Source: a virus
UHGV virus genome: UHGV-0120943
Reading direction: 5' to 3' (one strand)
Length of the DNA stretch: 33,468 nucleotides
This document shows, one piece after another, positions 15,259 through 24,403 of this stretch. The notes beneath the pieces were generated by a model that had not been told where the DNA came from, made no database searches, and worked only from the letters and a program-made list of their open reading frames with translations. Position numbers and translations under genes: made by a program. Position 1 is the first letter of the stretch. Each line of letters begins with the position of its first letter.

Positions 15259-16829
15259 CTGCTCCACAGCAGCTGCTCGGGCCTGACGGTAAAACGCCAC
15301 TACGCCGTTTTGCGGGGTATAACGGCGGCGGTCCCGGCTTCGGTGGCCAGCTGATTGACTGGAATGCACCACAGCAAAGTGCCGATGCGGCACTGCTGCC
15401 TAATTTTTATCGCGGTAACGCGCGAGCAGACGATCTCGTTCGCAATAACGGCGTCGCATCGAACGCTGTGCAGCTGCACCAGGATCACATCGTCGGCAAT
15501 CTGTTTAAGCTGAGTTACCGCCCTAACTGGCGTTACCTAGGGATATCTCGCGAGGACGCCAGGGCGCTGGCGCGTGACGTTGAGGTCGCGTGGACTGAAT
15601 ACGCCGAGGACCCTCACTGCACGATTGATATCGAGCGGAAACGGACGTTCACAATGATGATCCGCGAGGGCGTGGCTACTCACGCTTTCAACGGTGAAAC
15701 CTGCGTACAACCAGTCTGGGAGAGTAGTGCCGGCAGCGTTTTTCGGACGCGATTCAAAATGGTCTCACCGAAACGGATTCGAAATCCGGGTTACGCAGCT
15801 GACACCCAATTTCGCCGCGCCGGTGTTGATATCGATAAAAACGGGGCCGCGGTCGGGTATTGGATAGCCGAGGATACCTACCCCCTCGGCGGAGTCGGTA
15901 AATGTCGGCGTATCCCAGCACAGCTCAGCAGCGGCAGACACGCATTCATCCACATATTCGAGCCGCTCGAGGACGGACAGACCCGCGGAGATAACATTTT
16001 TTACAGCGTAATGGAGCGGTTGAAAATGCTCGATACGCTGCAGCAAACACAGCTGCAGAGCGCCATCGTGAAAGCGATGTACGCCGCCACAATCGAATCA
16101 GAGCTCGACAGACAGCAGGCGTTTGAATATATCGCCGGCGCGGGTACTGATATCGACTCGAACCCGCTGAATTCGTTTATTCAGAGTTACGTGACGTACT
16201 ACAACGGCGCAAATATCAAGCTCGGTGGTGTGAAAGTTCCCCACCTGCATCCCGGCGACAAACTCAGTTTACAGACCGCTCAGAATGCTGATGCTGGTTT
16301 CAGTTCGCTGGAAAAATCACTCCTGCGTTACGTTGCCGCTGGCGTCGGCGCGTCATATGAGGAACTGAGTCGGGACTACAGCCAGGTCAGTTACTCCAGC
16401 GCGCGGGCCAGCGCAAACGTGAGCTGGCGTTTTTTCATGGGCCGTCGACGTTTTATCGCCGCACGACAGGCGTCACTGATGTTCTGCTGCTGGTTTGAGG
16501 AAGCTCTGGCGCGCGGAGTTATCACCCTGCCACGCTCAGCGGTCCGGTCGTTTTATGAGGCGCGGAACTCCTGGACGAATGCGCTCTGGATCGGTGCAGG
16601 TCGCATGGCCATCGACGGACTGAAAGAGGTTCAGGAGAGTGCAATGCGTATCACGACTGGCCTCAGCACGTATCAGAACGAACTGGCGCTGCAGGGGCAG
16701 GACTACGAGGAGGTCATGGAACAACAGGAATACGAAATTCAGCGCCGGCGCGAAATGGGGCTGAGCGAACCATCCTGGTCAGTATCTCACCCCTCAAATA
16801 CCAACGATAACGGCTGGGGAGGTAACTGA
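15255..16829 (+). CDS. Portal protein (lambda gpB-like)
   Basis: 524-aa ORF between gpW and the protease, size and position as lambda gpB. Confidence 0.85.
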   Translation: MTAPQQLLGPDGKTPLRRFAGYNGGGPGFGGQLIDWNAPQQSADAALLPNFYRGNARADDLVRNNGVASNAVQLHQDHIVGNLFKLSYRPNWRYLGISREDARALARDVEVAWTEYAEDPHCTIDIERKRTFTMMIREGVATHAFNGETCVQPVWESSAGSVFRTRFKMVSPKRIRNPGYAADTQFRRAGVDIDKNGAAVGYWIAEDTYPLGGVGKCRRIPAQLSSGRHAFIHIFEPLEDGQTRGDNIFYSVMERLKMLDTLQQTQLQSAIVKAMYAATIESELDRQQAFEYIAGAGTDIDSNPLNSFIQSYVTYYNGANIKLGGVKVPHLHPGDKLSLQTAQNADAGFSSLEKSLLRYVAAGVGASYEELSRDYSQVSYSSARASANVSWRFFMGRRRFIAARQASLMFCCWFEEALARGVITLPRSAVRSFYEARNSWTNALWIGAGRMAIDGLKEVQESAMRITTGLSTYQNELALQGQDYEEVMEQQEYEIQRRREMGLSEPSWSVSHPSNTNDNGWGGN

Positions 16830-18139
16830 TGCCGTGGAACAATTTTCCGCACCTCGCCGCCAGGGCGTTCAATCAACCGCTTTTGCTGGAGCCCGCCTAC
16901 GCGCGGGTATTTTTTTCTGCGCTGAGCGACCGGTTCGGTACCGGGCGACTGATTGATACAGCGTCCGGAGAGGTAATGAACAGCGACGAAATGAACGCGC
17001 TCGCGATGGGGTGGGACAGCAGCGAGCGAACACGCCAGAAATCGTATCGCGTGGAGCGTGGTATAGCCGTTCTGCCGGTTACCGGGACGCTGGTTCATAA
17101 ATTGGGTTATATCAATCCGGTCAGCGGGATGAGTGGTTACGACGGAATCGCAAAACGCCTGCAGCAGGCGATTTCTGATCCAGATGTTAAGGGGATCCTG
17201 CTGGATATTGATTCCCCTGGCGGTGAGGTCGCCGGCGCGTTTGATACCGCTGATTTAATCGCCCGGGCGCGAGAGCAAAAACCAGTCTGGGCGCTGGCCA
17301 GTGATACAGCCTGCAGCGCCGCCTATTTGCTGGCGTCAGCGTGTTCGCGCCGGCTGATAACGCAGACCGGCACAGTTGGTTCAATCGGCGTCCTGATGGC
17401 TCACCGCTGCGTCGAAAAAGCGCTGGAGATTGCTGGTGTTGACGTGACGTTGATTTACGCCGGAGCGCACAAAGTCGACGGGAACCCGTATTCCCAGCTA
17501 CCCGACGACGTTCGCGACGAATTCCAGCAGAGTATCAACAGCACGCGCGAGCAGTTCGCGCAAAAAGTCTCGGATTATACCGGGTTGAAAAAATCCAGGG
17601 TGCTGGCCACAGAGGCCGCAGTATTTATCGGCGCGGACGCGATTAAATCTGGTCTCGCTGATCAACTCGTTAATTACGCGGACGCTATCGCAGTGATGGC
17701 CGACGCACTGAAACCAAAAATGGAGCGATTTATGCCAGGTACAACAGAAACCACGGCGGAGACCACGACCACAGAACAAACCGCGGCTACGACTACGGTC
17801 GCGCCGGTTGAGTCCAACGCGGAGCAGATTCGCGCGGACGCCGCATCGAGCGAACTGGCACGCGTGATGGCCATCATCAACTGTCCCGAAGCTGTTGGGC
17901 GCGAGGCGCAGGCAAAAGCGCTCGCTGGCGTCCCCGGGATGACGGTCGGGCAGGCGCAGACGGTCCTCGCGGCAGCACCGCAAACAGCGCAGGCGCGGAC
18001 AGAAACGGCGCTCGATACACTCATGAGCACTGAATCACCGGAAACTATTCAGGATGCCGGCAGCACCACGGCAACAGGAACAGCCGCAAACGTCTCGATG
18101 CTGGTTGCTGCAGGGCGTTCAATTTTAGGGGATGAATAA
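16829..18139 (+). CDS. Head maturation protease / minor capsid protein C (S49 family), possibly with nested scaffold
   Basis: 436 aa; S49 signature GILLDIDSPGGEVAG; Thr/Ala-rich linker then an Ala/Gln-rich C-terminal region. Confidence 0.85.
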   Translation: MPWNNFPHLAARAFNQPLLLEPAYARVFFSALSDRFGTGRLIDTASGEVMNSDEMNALAMGWDSSERTRQKSYRVERGIAVLPVTGTLVHKLGYINPVSGMSGYDGIAKRLQQAISDPDVKGILLDIDSPGGEVAGAFDTADLIARAREQKPVWALASDTACSAAYLLASACSRRLITQTGTVGSIGVLMAHRCVEKALEIAGVDVTLIYAGAHKVDGNPYSQLPDDVRDEFQQSINSTREQFAQKVSDYTGLKKSRVLATEAAVFIGADAIKSGLADQLVNYADAIAVMADALKPKMERFMPGTTETTAETTTTEQTAATTTVAPVESNAEQIRADAASSELARVMAIINCPEAVGREAQAKALAGVPGMTVGQAQTVLAAAPQTAQARTETALDTLMSTESPETIQDAGSTTATGTAANVSMLVAAGRSILGDE

Positions 18140-18468
18140 TGACCACAGAAACGTATAGCCCGGATGATTTTATTCTGGGACCCGATCTTGTTGTTACGAC
18201 CGTCGGTCATTTTCAGGGCGGGATCAACGTACCCCGGCTGACACCGATTATGCTCGACGCTACTGTCGGGACGTTTAAGGTTTGGGACGGCTCAGTCGGT
18301 AAAGCTATTGGCCTCACTGCCACCGCAGTTAATACTGGCTCCAGTTCTGCAGACTGCTCGTACTATAAATCAGGCTCGTTCCGTTACACGGCGATTAACT
18401 GGGGTACGGTTACCGACGTAGCTAAACGCAAATCAGCGTTTGCTGGTACGCCTGTCAGCGTCGGCTGA
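18139..18468 (+). CDS. Head decoration protein (lambda gpD-like)
   Basis: 109 aa; TPIMLDAT, YYKSGSFRY and KRKSAFAGTPVSV parallel lambda gpD. Confidence 0.85.
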   Translation: MTTETYSPDDFILGPDLVVTTVGHFQGGINVPRLTPIMLDATVGTFKVWDGSVGKAIGLTATAVNTGSSSADCSYYKSGSFRYTAINWGTVTDVAKRKSAFAGTPVSVG

Positions 18469-18489
18469 TAGCAAAAAACTCAAAACAAG

Positions 18490-18511
18490 CCGCCTCCGGG
18501 CGGTTTTTTTT
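18490..18511 (+). terminator. Hairpin plus T8 between decoration and major capsid genes
   Basis: CCGCC-TCCG-GGCGG followed by TTTTTTTT. Confidence 0.5.
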
Positions 18512-18526
18512 ATACAGGATATCTAA

Positions 18527-19561
18527 ATGAGCGATTCGTTTACTACGTCAGAATTGATTACCGCGACACAGCAGGTATTTAAGTTCAATCCGTTGTTTTT
18601 AAGACTGTTTTTCCGTGAGACCTACACGTTTACGAGCGAAGAGGTTTTTCTGGATAAAATCCCGGGTAAGGTCAATATGGCGGTGTATTGCGCGCCGATG
18701 ATCACCGGCAAAGTAGATCGCACCCGCGGCTATTCAACTAACCATTTTAAACCGGGTTACACGAAACCCAAACACACGATCAATCCGAATATGAGCATCA
18801 AGCGCGCCGCCGGAGAGCAGATTGGCCAGCCGGAAACACCGGTCGAACGTCGTGCAAAAATCATCATGCAGAACCTGCTTGATGAGGAGCTCAGTATCAG
18901 TCAGCTCGAAGAATTTCAGGCTGTGCAGGCGGTTCTGTACGGTAAATACACAGTTTCCGGCAGCAATATCGAGACCTATGAGATCGACATGAGCCGCAGC
19001 GCGACGAATAACGTCACTCAGTCTGGTTCGACAGCCTGGTCGACTCAGGATGCGGAAACGTATGACCCGAGCGACGATATCGAATCCTATGCAGACCTCG
19101 CCTCCGGTGCTGTTAACGTGATCATCATGGACGGTAAAGCCTGGAAGCAGTTGAAACGATTTAAAAAATTCTGGACGGCACTGGATACGCGCCGCGGCTC
19201 AAACAGCCAGCTCGAAGTCGCGCTGAAAAACCTGGGCGACGTTGTGAGCTTTAAAGGGTATTACGGCGACACGGCGCTGTTCGTCTATAAGGGGCAGTAC
19301 ATCGACCCGGTAACAGGCACTGAAACGCGTTATATGCCGGATAACACGATGATCCTGGGCAACACAAAAAATCGCGGACTCCGCACCTACGGCGCGATCC
19401 AGGACGAGGACGCGCTGAAAGAGGGTATCAGCGAAGCGACGCGCTATCCAAAAGTCTGGACCACTACTGGCGATCCGGCAGTGACGCAAACAATGACGCA
19501 ATCCGCGCCAGCAATGGTCCTCACGGATGCCGACGCGTTCGTTGTCGTAAAAATCGCGTAA
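18527..19561 (+). CDS. Major capsid protein (lambda gpE-like)
   Basis: 344 aa; KFNPLFLRLFFRETY, GYTKPKH, RRAKIIMQNLLDEEL, TYDPSDDIE, LDTRRGSNSQLE, LPDNTM(I/V)LGNT, RGLRTYG, YPK(V/N)W(T/V)TTGDP all parallel lambda gpE. Confidence 0.9.
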   Translation: MSDSFTTSELITATQQVFKFNPLFLRLFFRETYTFTSEEVFLDKIPGKVNMAVYCAPMITGKVDRTRGYSTNHFKPGYTKPKHTINPNMSIKRAAGEQIGQPETPVERRAKIIMQNLLDEELSISQLEEFQAVQAVLYGKYTVSGSNIETYEIDMSRSATNNVTQSGSTAWSTQDAETYDPSDDIESYADLASGAVNVIIMDGKAWKQLKRFKKFWTALDTRRGSNSQLEVALKNLGDVVSFKGYYGDTALFVYKGQYIDPVTGTETRYMPDNTMILGNTKNRGLRTYGAIQDEDALKEGISEATRYPKVWTTTGDPAVTQTMTQSAPAMVLTDADAFVVVKIA

Positions 19562-19581
19562 GAGCCGAAAGGCTCTTTTTT
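19561..19581 (+). terminator. Hairpin terminator immediately after the major capsid gene
   Basis: AGAGCC-GAAA-GGCTCT followed by TTTTT. Confidence 0.5.
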
Positions 19582-19595
19582 GTTAAGGAAGCAAC

Positions 19596-20009
19596 ATGAG
19601 CACAAAAACAGAATTGCTGGCGCGCATTGACGATCTGAGCGCTCAGCTCGGTCGCGAATTACCGCGCAGCGGGACTATTGCTGAACTGGAATCAATCGTC
19701 GCTGGCGCTGAGTCAGAGCTCGATATTTTGAACGAGCAATCCGGTGACGCGAGTGATGCCAACATTAATGCGAACGCATCAGATGAAACTGATGATGACA
19801 GCGCAGAACAACCGTCAATCGCGAGCACGACGTCACAACCAGAACTGTCTCCCGCTACGCGCCGCGTTAAGCTGCGTAACACGCTGGATGTATATCACTA
19901 CGTGAACGGGCGTCGCGTTCGCGAGATTGTTGCCGCTGGCCGTGAAATTGTTGTTGATTCACCAGAGGTTGCAGACCTCATCGCAGCTGATCACGTTTAC
20001 GCTCTATGA
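19596..20009 (+). CDS. DNA-packaging/head-completion protein (lambda gpFI-like)
   Basis: 137 aa, acidic; N-terminus MSTKTELLARIDDLSAQLGRELPRSGTIAELESIVAGAESEL parallels lambda FI. Confidence 0.6.
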   Translation: MSTKTELLARIDDLSAQLGRELPRSGTIAELESIVAGAESELDILNEQSGDASDANINANASDETDDDSAEQPSIASTTSQPELSPATRRVKLRNTLDVYHYVNGRRVREIVAAGREIVVDSPEVADLIAADHVYAL

Positions 20010-20386
20010 GCTACTACGATGACCTCCGGGCCGGCGATGAGGAGATGATTCTGGAGTGGGGACGGCCCGTTAAATTACGCGGTAAAACCGCCCCCATTAT
20101 CGCTATTTTCAACGAGCCTTACGCGCGCGTTGACGTTCCTCACGCTGGTTTTATTACCGGTACAGTAACGAGCCTGACAGCGCTCTCAGACGACGTCGCC
20201 GGCATTGTTGCGCGTGACGTCGTCCGGGTTCCAAAGCAGCGCAGCATCGAACCTGACGGCTCTGTTACCTGGTCTGGCTGGACCGATTACGTGGTTAAAG
20301 AGTCTCAGCCAGACGGTGTCGGGCTCACGAATATTTTTTTAGAGCCTCATACGTCCAGCGAAAACAGCGAGTATTCAAAATACTAA
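20006..20386 (+). CDS. Putative head-tail connector (FII position)
   Basis: 126-aa ORF, ATGA-coupled; positional call. Confidence 0.5.
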   Translation: MSYYDDLRAGDEEMILEWGRPVKLRGKTAPIIAIFNEPYARVDVPHAGFITGTVTSLTALSDDVAGIVARDVVRVPKQRSIEPDGSVTWSGWTDYVVKESQPDGVGLTNIFLEPHTSSENSEYSKY

Positions 20387-20416
20387 GTGGGACCGCGGTC
20401 CTACTAAGGGGGAACC

Positions 20417-21097
20417 GTGGCCGATTTACGTAGTAACGCGCAGATGTTCGATATCGATGTTTCGGCGCTGGAGCAGCTCAGAGTCGAAATCAGCGCGACG
20501 CAACATCAAATGTTAATGGCATACAACAGGGCGCTGAACCGAACTGCAAAACATATGCACCGAATTTCAGCAGGAATGATTTTGACTGCACTGGCAGCTA
20601 AAAATCATAAGGCCGTAGATAAACGAATCAAACCGTTCATTAAGCGCCGCGATTTTACAAAAGAAGGGGCAGGAGATCTGAGTAGCGTAAAACTCTGGTA
20701 CGGCCTGAACGATTTCCGTGTATCTGAGCTAAAGGGGCGATTACAAAATCCCAGGAAGCAGAAGCAGCCTCGCAATCCAGAGACCGGTCAATTTTTGAAA
20801 ACAAAAAAAGGCGCTCGAGGGGCAACTTTTACACCCAAAAGTGCAGGGCTGGCGATGCTGAGCTGGCCCGATTCATTCGTAGCGAAACGCTACGGTGCGA
20901 AAAGTGTCTGGATTCGACTGGCTCGCGGAGGAATCGAAGAGGCTCGCGTACCGGTGCACGAAGCGCTGGAGGATGCTATCGATGATTATATTTTTGAAAA
21001 CATTGGCACCGTGTTCATGGGTTTTTTTGAACAGGACTTGCGTGGTCGCGTGAAAGGTAATGTCCACGTAGACCCAAAAACAGGGAAACGATTATGA
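20417..21097 (+). CDS. Putative virion morphogenesis / tail completion protein
   Basis: 226-aa ORF between head and baseplate genes; positional call. Confidence 0.45.
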   Translation: MADLRSNAQMFDIDVSALEQLRVEISATQHQMLMAYNRALNRTAKHMHRISAGMILTALAAKNHKAVDKRIKPFIKRRDFTKEGAGDLSSVKLWYGLNDFRVSELKGRLQNPRKQKQPRNPETGQFLKTKKGARGATFTPKSAGLAMLSWPDSFVAKRYGAKSVWIRLARGGIEEARVPVHEALEDAIDDYIFENIGTVFMGFFEQDLRGRVKGNVHVDPKTGKRL

Positions 21098-21630
21098 GCG
21101 GACTGGATGCATTTGACGAATATCTTGATCGCGTTAAAGGCGCGGTTTTACAAATACCGTTCATCAAAACATTCGGCATTTATCCAGAAATTCCGGCAGG
21201 ATTTGAAACGCCAGCTCTGTTCCTGGAAATCAGCAACTGGTCACAGAGTGACGAATCGGTTCCAGGCTCAATTCAGTCAGTCGAGCTGTCGTGTAATTTG
21301 TATTTGCTGCGTGAGTTTGCGGCTGATCAGTACGGACTGAAATCGCAGAATGCAGCGCTCTATATGACGAGCTGGATTAATGGGCGAATGTTTGGTGCCG
21401 GAACTAAACCAGCAAAATTCAGCGACGCGGAACCGTGTGACTGGATTAAAAACGGGCAGTCAGTCGGTTCGCATTCAGTTCAGTGCGTGTCGTTCACGCA
21501 GGTTGTAGGCGTTGGTCCAGATATTTTCGATTATCCCTCACAGGGAACCCTGAAAAATATATACGTCGGAATAGCGCCAGATATCGGCGCAGAACACGAG
21601 AGCGACTACTATGGCCCAATCGGACGATGA
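21094..21630 (+). CDS. Putative tail completion / neck protein
   Basis: 178-aa ORF, ATGA-coupled; positional call. Confidence 0.45.
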   Translation: MSGLDAFDEYLDRVKGAVLQIPFIKTFGIYPEIPAGFETPALFLEISNWSQSDESVPGSIQSVELSCNLYLLREFAADQYGLKSQNAALYMTSWINGRMFGAGTKPAKFSDAEPCDWIKNGQSVGSHSVQCVSFTQVVGVGPDIFDYPSQGTLKNIYVGIAPDIGAEHESDYYGPIGR

Positions 21631-22513
21631 ATATGCCGCAGCGGAGAACGCGCGCCGGCTGCGTGACGCAGTTAAACGCGGCACGATAGCTGCAGTTAAA
21701 ATGAATCCTCCCCGTTGCCGAGTCTCATTTGGTGGCGAACACCAGTCGGGCTGGCTACAGTGGTTTACTCACGCCACCTCAGAACGCGTCGACTGGAGCG
21801 CACCATCAGTGGGCGATCCCGTTACTGTTGTTTCTGAAGGTGGGGACACGCGGAATGGTGTAGTTATGCTCGGGCTGCACATTGACGACAAAGCTCCGCC
21901 CAGTAGCGACCCCCATGATCATGTCACTGCATACTGTGACGGGGCTACGATGACGTATAACACAAAAAATCATACTCTGACATGGCAGGGCGTACCGGAC
22001 GGCGTGGTAAAAATACTCGGTGAGTCTGAAATAGAAATATTTGGACGCGCAGATGTTACTATTAATAGCGAAAATGTAGTTAATATCCATGGCGGGAAAT
22101 TAATTAACGCGAACGCTGATACTATTAATGTCACAGCGACAGATACAATTAACGCACATGCTGATTTAGTGAACGTTATAGCAACGAGTTCTGTTAGTGT
22201 TACTGCTGCGAACAGAATATCGCTGACAGCTCAAACAATCAGTGCGTGGGCTCCGGGTGGGATAACACTAGCTGGTCCAACGCATATCACCGAGACATTA
22301 ATTGTAGATAAATTAGCGACATTCCGTAACGATATTTCTGTCACTGGAGATAACGGTGGAACCGGTAATATCACAACTCGCGGTAGTGTGTTAGCAGGGC
22401 AAGAGGTGCAGGACCGACAAGGCACAGTAAATGAGGTCCGCACAACGTACAACGGACACACTCATACATGTCCGGACGGGGAAACACAACAACCGAACCA
22501 ACCAATGGCGTAA
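21611..22513 (+). CDS. Baseplate spike (P2 gpV-like)
   Basis: 300 aa; beta-helix-like repeats (TINVTATDTINAHADLVNVIATSSVSVTAANRISLTAQ) and apical YNGHTHTCPDG metal-binding-like tip, just before the gpW homologue. Confidence 0.7.
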   Translation: MAQSDDEYAAAENARRLRDAVKRGTIAAVKMNPPRCRVSFGGEHQSGWLQWFTHATSERVDWSAPSVGDPVTVVSEGGDTRNGVVMLGLHIDDKAPPSSDPHDHVTAYCDGATMTYNTKNHTLTWQGVPDGVVKILGESEIEIFGRADVTINSENVVNIHGGKLINANADTINVTATDTINAHADLVNVIATSSVSVTAANRISLTAQTISAWAPGGITLAGPTHITETLIVDKLATFRNDISVTGDNGGTGNITTRGSVLAGQEVQDRQGTVNEVRTTYNGHTHTCPDGETQQPNQPMA

Positions 22514-22515
22514 AT

Positions 22516-22857
22516 ATGCTTGGAATGGACCGTAACACTGGTAAGCCTTTATCCGGGGTTGACCACATTTGTCAGTCTATCGTTGATATTTTAACGACCC
22601 CGCTGGGAACACGTGTAATGCTGCCGGAATATGGAAGCAAATTATTTGACCTCGTTGATAATCCCAAAGATCCGTCGCTTGCTATGCGAATAATTATGGA
22701 AAGCGCTGGCGCAATAGCACGCTGGGAACCACGCGTCAGAATTGACAGAATAAATGTGTTAGCAGTGGATATTGGGAAAATAACAATATTAATTATCGCA
22801 ACAGATATCGAAACACAACAGCGATTAGAGTTTAATAATATGGAGCTGATATTTTGA
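22516..22857 (+). CDS. Baseplate protein (P2 gpW / gp25-like)
   Basis: MLGMDRNTGKPLSGVDHICQSIVDILTTPLGTRVMLPEYGSKLFDLV matches the gpW pattern (LGMNR ... EHISQSIGDIL TP G RVM ... YGS). Track ORF starts upstream at 22468 and would overlap gpV. Confidence 0.8.
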   Translation: MLGMDRNTGKPLSGVDHICQSIVDILTTPLGTRVMLPEYGSKLFDLVDNPKDPSLAMRIIMESAGAIARWEPRVRIDRINVLAVDIGKITILIIATDIETQQRLEFNNMELIF

Positions 22858-23774
22858 TAACATCAACAGTTCAGAATTCGATAGTGAAAACTATTGATAT
22901 GAGTCTGCTGCCGCCGCCAGCATTCGTTAAAACCCCGTTATTTTCAGATGTTAAATCTAATCTACTGTCAGAGCTGCAGATATTATATCCACAATTTAAC
23001 GCACTCCTGGAGTCAGACCCGGCCGTTAAACTGCTGGAAATAGTTGCATACAGAGAAATTATCATTACAGCCCGGGTAAATCAGGGGATGCTCGCTGTAT
23101 TGCTCGCGTTTGCAAAAGAGTGGGACCTCGACCAGATTGGCGCTAATTTTGACTGCCTGCGGCTGTTGATAACGCCAGCTAATCCTGACGCAATCCCCCC
23201 GACTGAGGCGGTTTACGAGAGTGACGACGAGTATCGACACCGAATACAACTATCGTGGTACGCGCGGAACACCGCTGGCAGTACGAACGCGTATAACTAT
23301 TTCGCGCTATCGAGTGATCCCGACGTTCTGTCAGCTCAGGCGTACGGGCCGCCGGTGACTCAGCCAGGGTACGTTGATATGTATGTTTTGTCCCGGACAG
23401 GTGACGGCGTACCCCCGCAATCACTACTGAATACAGTGAACGCGGCCCTGTCTCCTGACGACACTCGGCCACTAACTGATTTCGTGACAGTAAAACCTGC
23501 GTCGAACCTGAATTACCGGGTTGAAGCCGTTATCGTAGCGGGGCTCGGTCCCGATCAGAACGTGTTGCTCAATGGTGCTCAAAGCGATTTAGCTATATAC
23601 GTGGCTACACAACATAAAATCGGGGCGACAGCAGCCCTGTCGGGAATTTACGATGCGATACACCGTGACGGCACTGAGCGTGTGATTCTGATATCGCCAA
23701 CAGAGGATGTGATCGCTGGCGTCGGACAGGCCCCGCACTGCACAGAAATCAAACTCAGCGTGCAAATGGGGTAG
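22854..23774 (+). CDS. Baseplate protein (P2 gpJ-like)
   Basis: 306 aa, in the conserved W-J-I order. Confidence 0.8.
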   Translation: MITSTVQNSIVKTIDMSLLPPPAFVKTPLFSDVKSNLLSELQILYPQFNALLESDPAVKLLEIVAYREIIITARVNQGMLAVLLAFAKEWDLDQIGANFDCLRLLITPANPDAIPPTEAVYESDDEYRHRIQLSWYARNTAGSTNAYNYFALSSDPDVLSAQAYGPPVTQPGYVDMYVLSRTGDGVPPQSLLNTVNAALSPDDTRPLTDFVTVKPASNLNYRVEAVIVAGLGPDQNVLLNGAQSDLAIYVATQHKIGATAALSGIYDAIHRDGTERVILISPTEDVIAGVGQAPHCTEIKLSVQMG

Positions 23775-23776
23775 CC

Positions 23777-24403
23777 ATGACAAGTCAAAGCGTACTGCCT
23801 CCGAACGCAATAACCCCCGAGAGAGCGCTGGAATCTGTTTTATCTCACGTTGGCGATCTGCCTGGCGATATTCGAATTATTAAAAATCCCGATTTGTGTC
23901 CTGCAAATCTGTTGCCGTGGTTGGCGTGGGAATACGCCGTCACCTACTGGAACCCCGACTGGAGCGAGCAGCAAAAACGCGAAATTATTAAAGCAGCTGC
24001 GTGGCAGAACAAGCACCGCGGAACGCGTGGAGCTGTTGAACGAGCGTTATTAACAGTTGGATTTGAGAGCAAAATGAGAGAGTGGTTTGAAGCCACACCC
24101 AGGGACGACCCGTATACATTCGCAATTAAAATATATCTGCTAAAAAGTATGGGGTTAGATTTAGAGCTATTGAATACATTTATTGCACAAATATTTGATG
24201 CAAAAAATTGTCGTTCATTATTAAAGGAAATAAATTTCGGAACAGGTGTTGACGGTGAGTTTTTTATTGCCGGAAGTCCTTACGCAAAATTGGATGTTGA
24301 TATACCAGCCGATGGTGATGGTGGCGTGAAATTAAATGGCGGATTATATATATCAGGCTCACCAATTGTGAGTCTGTTAGTGGAGATTGGACCTAATGGC
24401 TAA
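23777..24403 (+). CDS. Tail protein I (P2 gpI-like) with AT-rich C-terminal extension
   Basis: 208 aa, in the conserved J-I-H order; last third is markedly AT-rich. Confidence 0.75.
   Translation: MTSQSVLPPNAITPERALESVLSHVGDLPGDIRIIKNPDLCPANLLPWLAWEYAVTYWNPDWSEQQKREIIKAAAWQNKHRGTRGAVERALLTVGFESKMREWFEATPRDDPYTFAIKIYLLKSMGLDLELLNTFIAQIFDAKNCRSLLKEINFGTGVDGEFFIAGSPYAKLDVDIPADGDGGVKLNGGLYISGSPIVSLLVEIGPNG

Noticed and set aside
13468-18030. Numerous minus-strand ORFs (e.g. 13586-14074, 14102-14461, 17498-17983, 17674-18030) inside terminase, portal and protease genes
   Set aside because: All lie antisense within plus-strand genes that have clear lambda homology; their Arg/Ser/Cys-rich translations are typical of GC-rich antisense frames.
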